The notes under the pieces were generated by a model. The model was not told the DNA's origin, ran no database searches, and saw only the letters and a list, made by a program, of their open reading frames with translations. Both the position numbers and the translations under genes were made by a program. Positions 9,127 to 18,741 of a stretch of DNA of 64,000 bases are shown here, piece after piece. The DNA is taken from positions 1-64,000 of IMG/VR virus record IMGVR_UViG_3300045988_136447; one strand, 5' to 3'. The first letter of the stretch is position 1, and each line of letters opens with the position of its first letter. Origin of the DNA: a virus.

Positions 9127-10389
9127 ATGCAGGGATCGGAAATATGGGCTGAAAGTTGGGGCGTACTGCCGGAAGTTCCTTTGTTTGAAGACAAAGTTAC
9201 CGGAATCAAATATGATTTCAACTACGGATTTCGATGCCATTCCCCGAGCGACAGCGACGATATGTTTAACATTCATATCGAAACATCCGCAGGTGACGTA
9301 TTGTGCGACATACCACTTGCCGCCGGATGCAAGTGGAGCTTTCCTTTTAAGTATTACATGGACTACACGGTTACGATAACCGGGAAGCATGGTGTATTCC
9401 GGGAGACGCTTGATCTTACTGATAAAACAGTTATGATTATGTGCAGCGTAAGGACGCTTGGAGATTCTATTGCATGGTTGTCCGCCGTTCCTGCCTTTGA
9501 AAGAAAGCACAAATGTAAGTGTGTGTGCGTCGTGAATAACGATATCTATGAACTGCTTAAGGATTCAGAGCAGATCAAAGTAATTAAACTTGAGGATAAA
9601 TGCAATTACACTCCATATGCTACATACTACTTGGGTTTGTTTTTCGATGAATCATACAGTAAATTTTGGCAGCCGTATGATTTCAGGCTTGACGGCCTTC
9701 ATGAACAGGCCAAAAACATTTTAGGAATCCGCAACGAAGAAACCCGGCACCTTGAGCTTAGAGACGCAGGCACGAATCCACTGGCCGGTAAAAAGTATGT
9801 GTGTATCTCATACTCCGGCAGTAAGGCGAACAAGTTTTGGAATAATCCGATCGGATGGAAGAAGGTGGTCAAGTACTTGCATTCATTGCAGTATGCAGTT
9901 GTGTGCATCGACAAATCTGATGTATGCGGAATTGCCCCCCTATACTACTACATGCCGAACGGCGTGATTGACATGACCGGAGACCTTTCTTTGCAGTCAA
10001 GAGTTGACGTGCTTAAGGGCGCTGAGATGTTCATCGGCATGGCAAGCGGGCTTTCGTGGCTTGCATGGTGCAGCGGAGTGCCGGTCGTTATGATTAGCGG
10101 TTTCAGTCTGCCGTATGCAGAATTTTACACAAAGTATCGTGTAATCAATACAATGTGTGAGTGCATCGGATGCTGGAATGACACGAGAATTCAGTTTTCT
10201 CGCCATGATTACATGTGGTGTCCCCGTATCGATAACGAGCTGCAAGCGCTCAAAGTCTCGGACGCTGAGAGCGAAGCAGAATACCGTCGCCTTTCGCAAA
10301 AACGCTTTATGTGTACACAAACCATTACACATAATATGGTTATACAGAAAATCAATGAAGTTTTAGAGGATCAGCACAGGGAAAATTAA
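9127..10389 (+). CDS. GT-B fold glycosyltransferase, GT9 (LPS heptosyltransferase)-like
   Basis: N-terminal VMIMCSVRTLGDSIAWLSAVPAF...VCVV pattern; C-terminal GMASGLSWLAWCSGVPVVMISG resembles GT9 sugar-donor region; RBS AAGGAGGA. Confidence 0.5.
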   Translation: MQGSEIWAESWGVLPEVPLFEDKVTGIKYDFNYGFRCHSPSDSDDMFNIHIETSAGDVLCDIPLAAGCKWSFPFKYYMDYTVTITGKHGVFRETLDLTDKTVMIMCSVRTLGDSIAWLSAVPAFERKHKCKCVCVVNNDIYELLKDSEQIKVIKLEDKCNYTPYATYYLGLFFDESYSKFWQPYDFRLDGLHEQAKNILGIRNEETRHLELRDAGTNPLAGKKYVCISYSGSKANKFWNNPIGWKKVVKYLHSLQYAVVCIDKSDVCGIAPLYYYMPNGVIDMTGDLSLQSRVDVLKGAEMFIGMASGLSWLAWCSGVPVVMISGFSLPYAEFYTKYRVINTMCECIGCWNDTRIQFSRHDYMWCPRIDNELQALKVSDAESEAEYRRLSQKRFMCTQTITHNMVIQKINEVLEDQHREN

Positions 10390-10412
10390 GAGCGGAAATT
10401 ATTAATTTATGG

Positions 10413-10464
10413 GCTTGAAATAAGTTAAATTCATGTTATATTACATTATTAACTTATTTCAAGC
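10413..10464 (+). promoter_or_regulatory. Promoter TTGAAA-N16-TGtTATATT embedded in a perfect 16-bp inverted repeat (gcttgaaataagttaa / ttaacttatttcaagc)
   Basis: Hexamers plus palindrome read directly. Confidence 0.5.
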
Positions 10465-10478
10465 ATGGAGAAAACCAA

Positions 10479-11273
10479 ATGTTTGACGTCCCTATTTTGT
10501 TTTTTGATTTGGAAACCACAGGGGTTGATCCTGAGGAAGACAGGATTGTACAGTTTGCAGGTATCAGGACGACACCGAATCATGAGCCTGTCGAGTTTAC
10601 CTTTAAGTGCAATCCTGAAATCGAAATTTCAGAAGGAGCAAGCAGAGTTCACGGCATCACGAATGAAGAAGCCAAGCAGTATGCTGCTTTCGATGCTTTT
10701 TCTGATAAACTTTACCGCATGGCACATGGTGCCATTTGGGCAGGGTACAACAACTTCAAGTTCGATATCCCGATGTTTATGAATGAGTTTAAAAGACGCG
10801 GGCTTAAAGTTCCTGAGTGTGCCGGAGTGCTGGATGGTTATAAGCTTTTCACGCATTTTTACGGCCCGGCAGGGAAAGGAAAAAGAACGCTGAAAGCTGC
10901 ACACGTGCATTACTGCGGTTACGAATTTGAAGATGCGCACGATGCCGTGGCTGACATCAAGGCTACGATCAATGTGTTTGAAAACATGATCATCGAACAT
11001 GGAGATGACCTCAAAGCGTTTCTTAAGGTGTCGGAAGCGATCCCGCTAAAGATCGACTTTAAAGGGATGTTCACTTTCGATCCTAAACGGAAAGTAGCCG
11101 TATTGGGGTACGGCAAATACAAGGGGGTTCCCCTCGCGGAAGTTCCGGTATCTTACTTCAAGTGGATTATCGACACGACCGGATTCAATGCAGATACAAA
11201 GAAAATCGCAAGCGAAGCCTGTCGTGGTATTTTTCCTCAGTACCAAAGGCCGAAATTTAAACGTAATTTCTGA
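10479..11273 (+). CDS. DnaQ-like DEDDh 3'-5' exonuclease (Pol III epsilon family)
   Basis: Exo I FFDLETTG, Exo II YNNFKFDIPM, Exo III HDAVADI. Confidence 0.8.
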   Translation: MFDVPILFFDLETTGVDPEEDRIVQFAGIRTTPNHEPVEFTFKCNPEIEISEGASRVHGITNEEAKQYAAFDAFSDKLYRMAHGAIWAGYNNFKFDIPMFMNEFKRRGLKVPECAGVLDGYKLFTHFYGPAGKGKRTLKAAHVHYCGYEFEDAHDAVADIKATINVFENMIIEHGDDLKAFLKVSEAIPLKIDFKGMFTFDPKRKVAVLGYGKYKGVPLAEVPVSYFKWIIDTTGFNADTKKIASEACRGIFPQYQRPKFKRNF

Positions 11274-11623
11274 TGTGTACAAAAGCTGTTTTATGCGAAA
11301 TGCTGTATGAGTTACAGTCGAATCAGCTTGAAGTGATACTTGTCCCTCAAGATGAACCAGCCAATGTGGGGGCTTGTATTCGTGTGGCGGTTGCATTTAA
11401 TTGTCAGTGGTACAGGGAACTGTGTGATGCATTTGAATCGAACAGGAAGAGAAAATATAAAAAATTTAAAACAAAAGTAAAACGTAAGCGTATAGAGCAT
11501 ATACTTTTACGTATGATATCAGGAATTAATGTAGGAGGCATATACGCTGAATGGATCAGGGAATACGCCACCAAGATGCAGGAAGAATATGATAAGGGAG
11601 TAATGAGTTATGGGGCGCAATAA
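11273..11623 (+). CDS. hypothetical protein
   Basis: ORF, ATGA-type coupling. Confidence 0.4.
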   Translation: MCTKAVLCEMLYELQSNQLEVILVPQDEPANVGACIRVAVAFNCQWYRELCDAFESNRKRKYKKFKTKVKRKRIEHILLRMISGINVGGIYAEWIREYATKMQEEYDKGVMSYGAQ

Positions 11624-11624
11624 G

Positions 11625-11783
11625 ATGATCGGAGAGCAGGAATTTAAAAGAATTCAAGAACTTAGAAAGGCCGGATGGTCGTATAAGGCGCTTGGTGAGA
11701 AGTTCGGAATTAGTGCCGTATCAGTTTACAAATACCTTTCTGGAAAAACGAAATTCGACAGCACGGAAGATGAGAACGCTTAA
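11625..11783 (+). CDS. small helix-turn-helix protein, 52 aa (…AGWSYKALGEKFGISAVSVYKYL…)
   Basis: Not in track (<60 aa); classic HTH pattern; overlaps the 5' end of the next ORF in another frame. Confidence 0.45.
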   Translation: MIGEQEFKRIQELRKAGWSYKALGEKFGISAVSVYKYLSGKTKFDSTEDENA

Positions 11784-12120
11784 TTTAGATTATGGAAATG
11801 AAGATTCAGAATTTAACGATGAAGAATCAGCGGCTTCCAAGATACTAAGCAGGATAAAGTCGTCTGTTCAAATGCCTTTACGTATGCCATATGGCAAAAA
11901 GATGAGAGCGTTTGAGGTATATTTTTCAAAGTTTGATGAAGATACCATAAATCGCTTTATCAGTAAGCTTTCCAGTTCTGTATGGGTTAAGAATTCTCGG
12001 TTCTCGTTGGAGATGGTTGTGCGCGACGATATGGTTAATACGATATTTTTGGGTACTGCTGATCCGACGGTGTGCAGATATTACAGTATCGAAACTCTTA
12101 CACTGAAACCTTTAAAATGA
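11770..12120 (+). CDS. hypothetical protein (start placed at internal ATG overlapping the stop of the HTH micro-gene)
   Basis: ORF 11692-12120 frame; ATGAGAACGCTTAA overlap. Confidence 0.35.
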   Translation: MRTLNLDYGNEDSEFNDEESAASKILSRIKSSVQMPLRMPYGKKMRAFEVYFSKFDEDTINRFISKLSSSVWVKNSRFSLEMVVRDDMVNTIFLGTADPTVCRYYSIETLTLKPLK

Positions 12121-12728
12121 AATGCAACATCTGTGGTTCTACTTTAAAGCAGTATGTGCTTTTAGGGGTATCATCAGGTCAGCAGACTGAACTATGCCCG
12201 AAGTGCCAAGCTGCCTGTGTCGAAGAGGTACGCGCAGTAAACAAAGCTATGATTTCTAAGCACTTAGAATCACAGCACGTTCCAATCAGATATCATGAAG
12301 CCAGATTACAGAAAGAACATCTCGCTTTCCCAAGCGGGAGGGAAGTGCAGAATGGGGAGAAGGGTTTATATATTTTTGGCGATTCAGGTGTAGGCAAGAC
12401 TTGGCTCCTTGTAGCTTGGATGAAGTATTATCTCAGTAAGGGGGCAGCGTGTACTTATGTTGACTGGTCTGATTTTATGGTTGACTTGAGAATGGATATT
12501 AAAACATACCAGTCAAAGAAAGCGCACATACTAAGATCAGACTGTGTATTTATAGATGACTTTGATAGTTCCAATCCGTACATGTACGATGTCGTGTACA
12601 ATCTAATTAACAGTTTGTACAGTTGTGGGAAAGTGCTGTTTCTCACAAGCATCGATCTTCCGACACAGCCTAAAATTGCAATGAGACTTGGTGAGATTAC
12701 ATCTCAACTGCACGTCATAAGACAGTGA
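12117..12728 (+). CDS. DnaC/IstB-like helicase-loader ATPase with N-terminal C4 zinc ribbon
   Basis: Walker A GDSGVGKTW, Walker B CVFIDDFD; CNICGS...CPKCQ. Confidence 0.6.
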   Translation: MKCNICGSTLKQYVLLGVSSGQQTELCPKCQAACVEEVRAVNKAMISKHLESQHVPIRYHEARLQKEHLAFPSGREVQNGEKGLYIFGDSGVGKTWLLVAWMKYYLSKGAACTYVDWSDFMVDLRMDIKTYQSKKAHILRSDCVFIDDFDSSNPYMYDVVYNLINSLYSCGKVLFLTSIDLPTQPKIAMRLGEITSQLHVIRQ

Positions 12729-12738
12729 GTATACTTAT

Positions 12739-14304
12739 ATGGAACTTGAAGACGTATCGAATGAGTTTGAGAATAGAATCTGTTATCTATTAGCAACTTC
12801 TGATGCTTATATTGACGAAATATCGTGTGTGTATCAGAGGGGATTGTTATCGGGTAAATACTATTCTTTGTTTGCAAAGTTGTGTCTTGCTTACTATAAA
12901 AAGTTCAAGCAAGCCCCTAAAGACAAGTTAAATCGCTTTTTAGACAACGCTTCCGTGTTGAATAAGTTGTCGGCCGATGACAGGGCCGAATTAAAACTTA
13001 TTGTAAAATCGTTTGCAAATGAAAAAGAGTGTACGGATATTGACTTTGAAATATCCGAAACATTTAACTACTTTCAAGCAACGGCCATTAACCTTGTAAG
13101 TAAGGAAGCGCAGGAACTTACAAACGAGGGAAGAATAGAAGAAGCTAAGTCTCTTCTTGCCAAGTGCGAATCATTTGATCGGGGGAAGGTATCCGGAACC
13201 GACGTTTACGCTCTGTCTGATTCAGATATCGAATCTACGGTAAATGAAACGTATGAGCAAATAATTACGCTTCCGGGAGCGCTCGGTAAAGTTATGAATA
13301 ATACGCTGGTGCGTGGAGGATTCATAACATTTGTAGGGAGAATGAAGTCAGGAAAAACCTATAACATCATGGAGCTGTGCCGATATGCAAGAAATCAGGG
13401 TAAGCGTGTGATTCTGTTTTCGGCAGGGGACATGACACAGAATCAGATGATTATGCGGGTGTGGCAAGCAGACGCGCGCACGACTTCAAATAAGTATTAT
13501 CAAGACATGCAGCGTATTCCCTATCTTGACTGCAAAAGAAACCAAATTGGGATGTGCATGAACCGGGAAGGTTCCGGAAATCTGCTCAATGACTTTAAGG
13601 AAGTTGACCCGTACATTAAAGATGACAATAAGGAGTATAAGCCGTGTACGAAATGTGCAAATTCAAGCCAAGATAAAGAATCATACGATTTTGCAATTAC
13701 GTATAGGAAAGTGCGACGCCCCATTCTCGACAGCGGCATGGTGCAGCGGCTGAGGGATAAATGGATAGCGTCAGGAAACAAAGGTGTTTTGCATATCGAA
13801 CACGCCCCGTCAGGAACCCTTACCGTAGCAAAGAGAAGGGCTATCATCAGGAGCGTGTGCAAGAAATATGGATGGGATCACCCTGACGTAATCGCATATG
13901 ACTACGCCGGTATTCTTGCGCAGGAGAAGGGGGATGAGCGTGAAAGCACACATTACATATGGCAAACTATGCGGGCAGAGGCAGACCCCGAGATGTTCGA
14001 CTGTCTCGTCATAACTGCAATGCAGTCAAACAGCACATCATTTAATTTTGAGGATTTAACGATTCGGTCGTTCTCCTTGGATAAACGATGCTTTGACGAG
14101 GTATCGGCAGCTTTTGCAATAAACTGCACTCCGGAAGAGCGGAAAAACGGAATTACGAGAATTGCAGCCCTCCTAAAGCGCGAGCATCCGTTTGACGAAT
14201 CCATGCAAGCCGAGTGTTACGGCTGCCTCGCACTTGGTACTCCTTGGATATGCTCGAGGATCGTTTTTAGGGAGCCGCCCAAGCCTTTGCAGTTTAGCAA
14301 ATAA
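12739..14304 (+). CDS. DnaB-like replicative DNA helicase
   Basis: Walker A GRMKSGKT followed by ILFSAGDMTQNQMIMR (DnaB H1a-like). Confidence 0.7.
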   Translation: MELEDVSNEFENRICYLLATSDAYIDEISCVYQRGLLSGKYYSLFAKLCLAYYKKFKQAPKDKLNRFLDNASVLNKLSADDRAELKLIVKSFANEKECTDIDFEISETFNYFQATAINLVSKEAQELTNEGRIEEAKSLLAKCESFDRGKVSGTDVYALSDSDIESTVNETYEQIITLPGALGKVMNNTLVRGGFITFVGRMKSGKTYNIMELCRYARNQGKRVILFSAGDMTQNQMIMRVWQADARTTSNKYYQDMQRIPYLDCKRNQIGMCMNREGSGNLLNDFKEVDPYIKDDNKEYKPCTKCANSSQDKESYDFAITYRKVRRPILDSGMVQRLRDKWIASGNKGVLHIEHAPSGTLTVAKRRAIIRSVCKKYGWDHPDVIAYDYAGILAQEKGDERESTHYIWQTMRAEADPEMFDCLVITAMQSNSTSFNFEDLTIRSFSLDKRCFDEVSAAFAINCTPEERKNGITRIAALLKREHPFDESMQAECYGCLALGTPWICSRIVFREPPKPLQFSK

Positions 14305-14328
14305 TTTTAACTTTTTAACTTTTAACTA

Positions 14329-14356
14329 TTGCATTTGAAAATTCATGTGCTATTTT
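14329..14356 (+). promoter_or_regulatory. weaker sigma-70-like promoter TTGCAT-N16-TGcTATTTT
   Basis: Motif family member. Confidence 0.3.
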
Positions 14357-14394
14357 AAGTGGTAAACCCAACTAACCAACAGGAGAAAACAGTA

Positions 14395-15120
14395 ATGGCG
14401 AGTAACGAGCAACTGGTGGCGCTTAAGCGTTCTTTGAACAGCTTCAAGGGAAACTATACAAGAGCGCTCAAAAAGGCCGCAAACGCGAAGGAAATGGACA
14501 AGGTACGTGATACCTATCGCCCGAAAATTGAAGAGCTCGAAAAGAAAATTCAGGCGCTCGACCCGAGCAGGAAAAGGGTAAAGACGGCCTTTACACTGAA
14601 AGGCATGTCGCGTAAAGATAAAGTTATTGCCGTATTTAAGGCGATCGCTAAGGAGTTCAATCTCGAAGACGGTGAGATCGACGGTGTTGTAACGAAAGAT
14701 GAAGATTTCATTGTCGCTACAATTAAAGGCACTTACGATCAGATTCTCGAAACTGATTTCATCAATATCGAACCGGAACTTCGTAAGTTCATGGTTGAAG
14801 AGCTTGATTTTGTACCGTTCGATCAGCGAAAGCTTGCCGAAGAATCAGCAAGCAAGCGCCTTGCCAATGCGACGTATGAAGACTGCATTGCCGCTACTCT
14901 GTTTACGGAATTTGACGGCAAAGTGGACGCTTCCGAGTGGAGAGCCAAAGCATGTTCAATGTATAAGGGTATCCATAAGTGCGTCCCCAACCGCATTACG
15001 CGCACGTTTGACGCTATGGTGAAGCTGTTCACCCATCCGAATGTCCGTATCCTTATCAAGTGCGAAGATCATCCGGGTGACGAGGTTTACAACATCAATT
15101 TGAAAGCGAAGATTAACTGA
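14395..15120 (+). CDS. hypothetical protein (start at MASNEQL with GGAG RBS)
   Basis: ORF 14359-15120 frame, RBS caGGAGaaaacagtaATG. Confidence 0.5.
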   Translation: MASNEQLVALKRSLNSFKGNYTRALKKAANAKEMDKVRDTYRPKIEELEKKIQALDPSRKRVKTAFTLKGMSRKDKVIAVFKAIAKEFNLEDGEIDGVVTKDEDFIVATIKGTYDQILETDFINIEPELRKFMVEELDFVPFDQRKLAEESASKRLANATYEDCIAATLFTEFDGKVDASEWRAKACSMYKGIHKCVPNRITRTFDAMVKLFTHPNVRILIKCEDHPGDEVYNINLKAKIN

Positions 15121-16151
15121 TGGCTACGACACTTAACAGAAAAACGTTTTACGAGGCCATTCAATGCCTCAAAGACAACGTTACGCCTTCTGAACTTGCG
15201 GAGGCGTCCACTTATGCGGTGTTCTGCAATAATCGTATTTGTTGCAGTAATGATTCCGTAGGCGTTAGCGTTCCTTTGGTTACGGACGTCAAGAACTGTG
15301 CGGTAGAACTGCAACTACTGTACGACTTCATTCGTAAAATGAATGATAAGGAAGTCATTATCGGCATGCAAAATGGGAATCTCAAGATCAAAGGCAAGAA
15401 TTCCGTAGCCGAGTTTGCGGTGCGTGAAGATATCATTTATGATGAATCTCTTATCCATCTGAACGTGAATGACTTCAAGCGTCTCCCCGAGACGTTTGCG
15501 ACTGCCTTGAACTTTACAGGATTCGCAACTGATGGCACGAAAGAAGCATACAGCCGCTGCGTAATTCATGACGGAGCAATGTACGCCTTGTCCAATGTAC
15601 GGGCGGCAAGATTCTTTATGGGAGAAGAAGCGAAAAGTCTATTTGACGGAATGACATTCATTTCTCCTGAGTGTATCGGTTTTGTAAACAAAATGTGTCC
15701 GAAGAGGTATTATATCTCTGACGGCTATGTGCATCTCTATGACGACGAAATGCGCATTTACAGCACGAGAACACGTTCAGACGCAAACTTCCCGATCAAC
15801 GGTGCGGATGAAGCCCTTGAACTGCCTTCGTCATCGGAATTCCGTTTTCCTCCTGATTTCGATCAGGTGCTTGACAGGTGCAATCCTTTCAGCGGGAGGG
15901 ATGCCAAAGTCAAGAGGGTGACGATCGACATTGAAAAGGGAGTTCTTACCATCCTTGCTAGGCGGGAGGATGGGAGTACGTTCCGTGAGCGGGTTGCGAA
16001 TGTGCAATGCAAAGAGCACGTAAGATTCACCGTTCTGTTGAAACTGCTTTCCGACATGGTTAAGCTTGTCGAGGTGTTCAGGGTTGATTCAAGCAGGATT
16101 GTCGGCACAGCGCCGATGTATACCTGTATGGCTTGTTTGTTTGAGGAATAA
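15120..16151 (+). CDS. putative sliding clamp (beta-clamp-like)
   Basis: Length and hydrophobic periodicity similar to DnaN N-domain (…NGNLKIKGKNSVAEFAV…); position between helicase and polymerase. Confidence 0.35.
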   Translation: MATTLNRKTFYEAIQCLKDNVTPSELAEASTYAVFCNNRICCSNDSVGVSVPLVTDVKNCAVELQLLYDFIRKMNDKEVIIGMQNGNLKIKGKNSVAEFAVREDIIYDESLIHLNVNDFKRLPETFATALNFTGFATDGTKEAYSRCVIHDGAMYALSNVRAARFFMGEEAKSLFDGMTFISPECIGFVNKMCPKRYYISDGYVHLYDDEMRIYSTRTRSDANFPINGADEALELPSSSEFRFPPDFDQVLDRCNPFSGRDAKVKRVTIDIEKGVLTILARREDGSTFRERVANVQCKEHVRFTVLLKLLSDMVKLVEVFRVDSSRIVGTAPMYTCMACLFEE

Positions 16152-16153
16152 AA

Positions 16154-17368
16154 ATGCTCGACCTTCCGCACATTGTACCGGAGTATGAAAACTCTAATTG
16201 CTCTGCTTGCAGACTAGATTGTGGTTCACGGCTGCAATTGGCAGGACATGGCCATAAGAAAATTCTGATTGTGTTCGATGCCCAAGACGCAATTCAGCAG
16301 ACTACAAAAACGTACTTTTGCGGAAGTCGTTACACTTACGTTCGTGATCTGCTGTACAAGTACGGCATTACGACGGATGACATATGGATGACTTCCACCA
16401 TTCAGTGTTATTCCGAGTACAAAGAAGAGCAACATGCCATTCACTGCAAGCCAAACCTCATCAAGACAATAAAGAGGCTTAAGCCGGTACTCGTGATCGG
16501 TTTTGGTGAATTTACAGCTAAGATGCTGCTGTCTTACATCATTGAAGACGGTATTTTCCTTGACCGAGTTCACGGTTGGGTGCATCCTAATCGTGAACTG
16601 GGCTGTAACATGATGTTTACGTACACTCCCCATCCGGGTTCGGCAAAGTATAAGACGATCGAGGAGTTCATTATCGAGCGCGACGTACATATGGCTATTA
16701 AAAGCCTTGCCAAGCCGCCTGACACGTACACGCCGGAAAACAAGTGTGTACGCCTGCTTGAACCTAAAGAGGCCGCCATGTGGCTGCGAGACCGCATAAA
16801 TGACAAAACAGAACGGTTTTCCGCTCTTGACTACGAGACTAACTGTCTGAAACCGTATAATCCCGCTGCCAAATTGTACAGTTGTGCGGTATGCGAAGAT
16901 CGCGATAACTCATATGCGTTTAAGATAGATGATACAACGTATTCTCTTATGCGTGAGTATTGGGCCACAAAGCATATCAGGAAGATAGCACACAACAGTG
17001 CGTTTGAACGCATGTGGACTATGGTTAAATTGAAAGTAATGCCAAGAAGACTGATCGCTGATACCATGTTGCTAGCTCATGTTCTTGACAACAGAGACGT
17101 AAAGTGGCTGTCGATTAAGTTTATCGGCCCTATGCTTACCGGATGCTCCGTATGGAATGGCCATATCGAATCTTACTTAGAGCCGAGTAAGCAGGATAAG
17201 AAGCTGTACGGAGAATATGCCTTGAACAGGGTTGCATCAATACCGATCAGGCAGCTTCTTACATACAACGCAATCGATAGTCTTGTAGAGTTTCGTACAT
17301 TTTTCAAACTGTATGAAATGCTTAAAAATTTTTACGGTACTTTCCCGATTGAAAGCGAGAGCGAATAA
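16154..17368 (+). CDS. DNA polymerase A N-terminal part: UDG family-4-like domain (catalytic GEAPG replaced) + 3'-5' exonuclease
   Basis: KILIVFDAQD…GSRYTYVRDLLYKYGI…IWMTSTIQC…HPGSA pattern; exo motif FSALDYETN; TAATG overlap with polymerase ORF. Confidence 0.55.
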   Translation: MLDLPHIVPEYENSNCSACRLDCGSRLQLAGHGHKKILIVFDAQDAIQQTTKTYFCGSRYTYVRDLLYKYGITTDDIWMTSTIQCYSEYKEEQHAIHCKPNLIKTIKRLKPVLVIGFGEFTAKMLLSYIIEDGIFLDRVHGWVHPNRELGCNMMFTYTPHPGSAKYKTIEEFIIERDVHMAIKSLAKPPDTYTPENKCVRLLEPKEAAMWLRDRINDKTERFSALDYETNCLKPYNPAAKLYSCAVCEDRDNSYAFKIDDTTYSLMREYWATKHIRKIAHNSAFERMWTMVKLKVMPRRLIADTMLLAHVLDNRDVKWLSIKFIGPMLTGCSVWNGHIESYLEPSKQDKKLYGEYALNRVASIPIRQLLTYNAIDSLVEFRTFFKLYEMLKNFYGTFPIESESE

Positions 17369-18741
17369 TGATTACGCCAACTACAATGGATGCCTTTAAA
17401 CTTGTGATGATGGGGGAAGAGGCACTTACTCAGGTATCCGTCAATGGATTTAAAATTGACAGGGACTACTACGAGAGACAGAAGCCCGTTATCCAAGAAG
17501 AAATCAAGCGTTTACGCACTCAGATACTCACTCAGTCGGAGATCGGAAGATGCTGGCATGAGAGGTATGGGGCTAAGACTAACATCGATTCCAACGATCA
17601 GTTGAAAGCCGTACTTGAACACGATATCCATTTCGATAAATTCAAAATCACGGACAAGGGCGGTAAGTCGGCAGATGCTTCCGTCATCGAAAAGCTGCCC
17701 TATGAGTTCAGTAATCCATTCAGCCGATATAAGCAGTTCGGCAAAATGTGGGGAAGCCTTATCACTCCCATCATGCTTGGTGCAGACATAAATGGGTTTG
17801 TGCACCCAAATATCAATCTTCACACCGTGAGAACTTACCGATCGTCATGCGATTCCCCTAACTTGCAGCAGGTTCCGAAGCATAACAAGTTGATTAAAGA
17901 AATCGTAAGAAACGGGTTCATACCTAGAAGTCCCAAGAGGATGCTTGCTGAAATCGACTTGCAGTCTGCTGAGGTTAGTGTTGGCTGCTGTCTGCACCGT
18001 GATAAGCAGATGTTGCAATTCCTGCACGACAAGACGATCGACATGCATACATTCGTTGAGAAAGAGTTTTATAAGCTCAATGATGATGAATTGTGTAAGG
18101 AGTTGCGATCTTCCGTAAAGGGAAGATTTGTGTTTGCTTCATTTTACGGAGCAGGTGCATCATCGATGGCCGCCTCGCTGTGGGAGTATATAGAAGAATC
18201 GAATTTCACACTTCCGACAGGCGAAAAGCTGAAAGACCATATGGCCAAGTTAGGCGTAGTCGACTATGACACCTGTCTCCAGCATACGGAAAGGGTATTC
18301 GATTGGTATTGGAATACTCTCTTCAAGGAGTACGGTGCATGGAAAGAAGCCATATGGGATTTGTACAAAAAACAGGGATACTTAGACTACCCAACCGGAT
18401 TCCGTGTGGTTGCCGCGATGACAAAGACACAGGCTATGAATACGATTATTCAGGGGTCTACGTTTCACCTGCTTCTACTGACGCTTATTGAGTTGCAGAA
18501 GCGAATGACTTACTATAAGTTAGAATCAAAAATAGTATGTCAGATTCATGACAGTATCGTTTTGGATTTACTCCCTTCGGAGCAACAGACTGTTTTTGAT
18601 CTGTATCTTGACAGCCAGGCAGCAGTACGCAAGCGTTGGCCGTGGCTTCTGTATCCGATTACCGCAGATGCGGATATCAGCGAAGTAGGCGGTACATGGG
18701 CTCACATGACAAGTTATGGAGAAATTACGCATGCAAGCTGA
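17368..18741 (+). CDS. polA: DNA polymerase A, polymerase domain
   Basis: Motif A LAEIDLQSAE, motif B RSSVKGRFVFASFYG, motif C CQIHDS. Confidence 0.85.
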   Translation: MITPTTMDAFKLVMMGEEALTQVSVNGFKIDRDYYERQKPVIQEEIKRLRTQILTQSEIGRCWHERYGAKTNIDSNDQLKAVLEHDIHFDKFKITDKGGKSADASVIEKLPYEFSNPFSRYKQFGKMWGSLITPIMLGADINGFVHPNINLHTVRTYRSSCDSPNLQQVPKHNKLIKEIVRNGFIPRSPKRMLAEIDLQSAEVSVGCCLHRDKQMLQFLHDKTIDMHTFVEKEFYKLNDDELCKELRSSVKGRFVFASFYGAGASSMAASLWEYIEESNFTLPTGEKLKDHMAKLGVVDYDTCLQHTERVFDWYWNTLFKEYGAWKEAIWDLYKKQGYLDYPTGFRVVAAMTKTQAMNTIIQGSTFHLLLLTLIELQKRMTYYKLESKIVCQIHDSIVLDLLPSEQQTVFDLYLDSQAAVRKRWPWLLYPITADADISEVGGTWAHMTSYGEITHAS

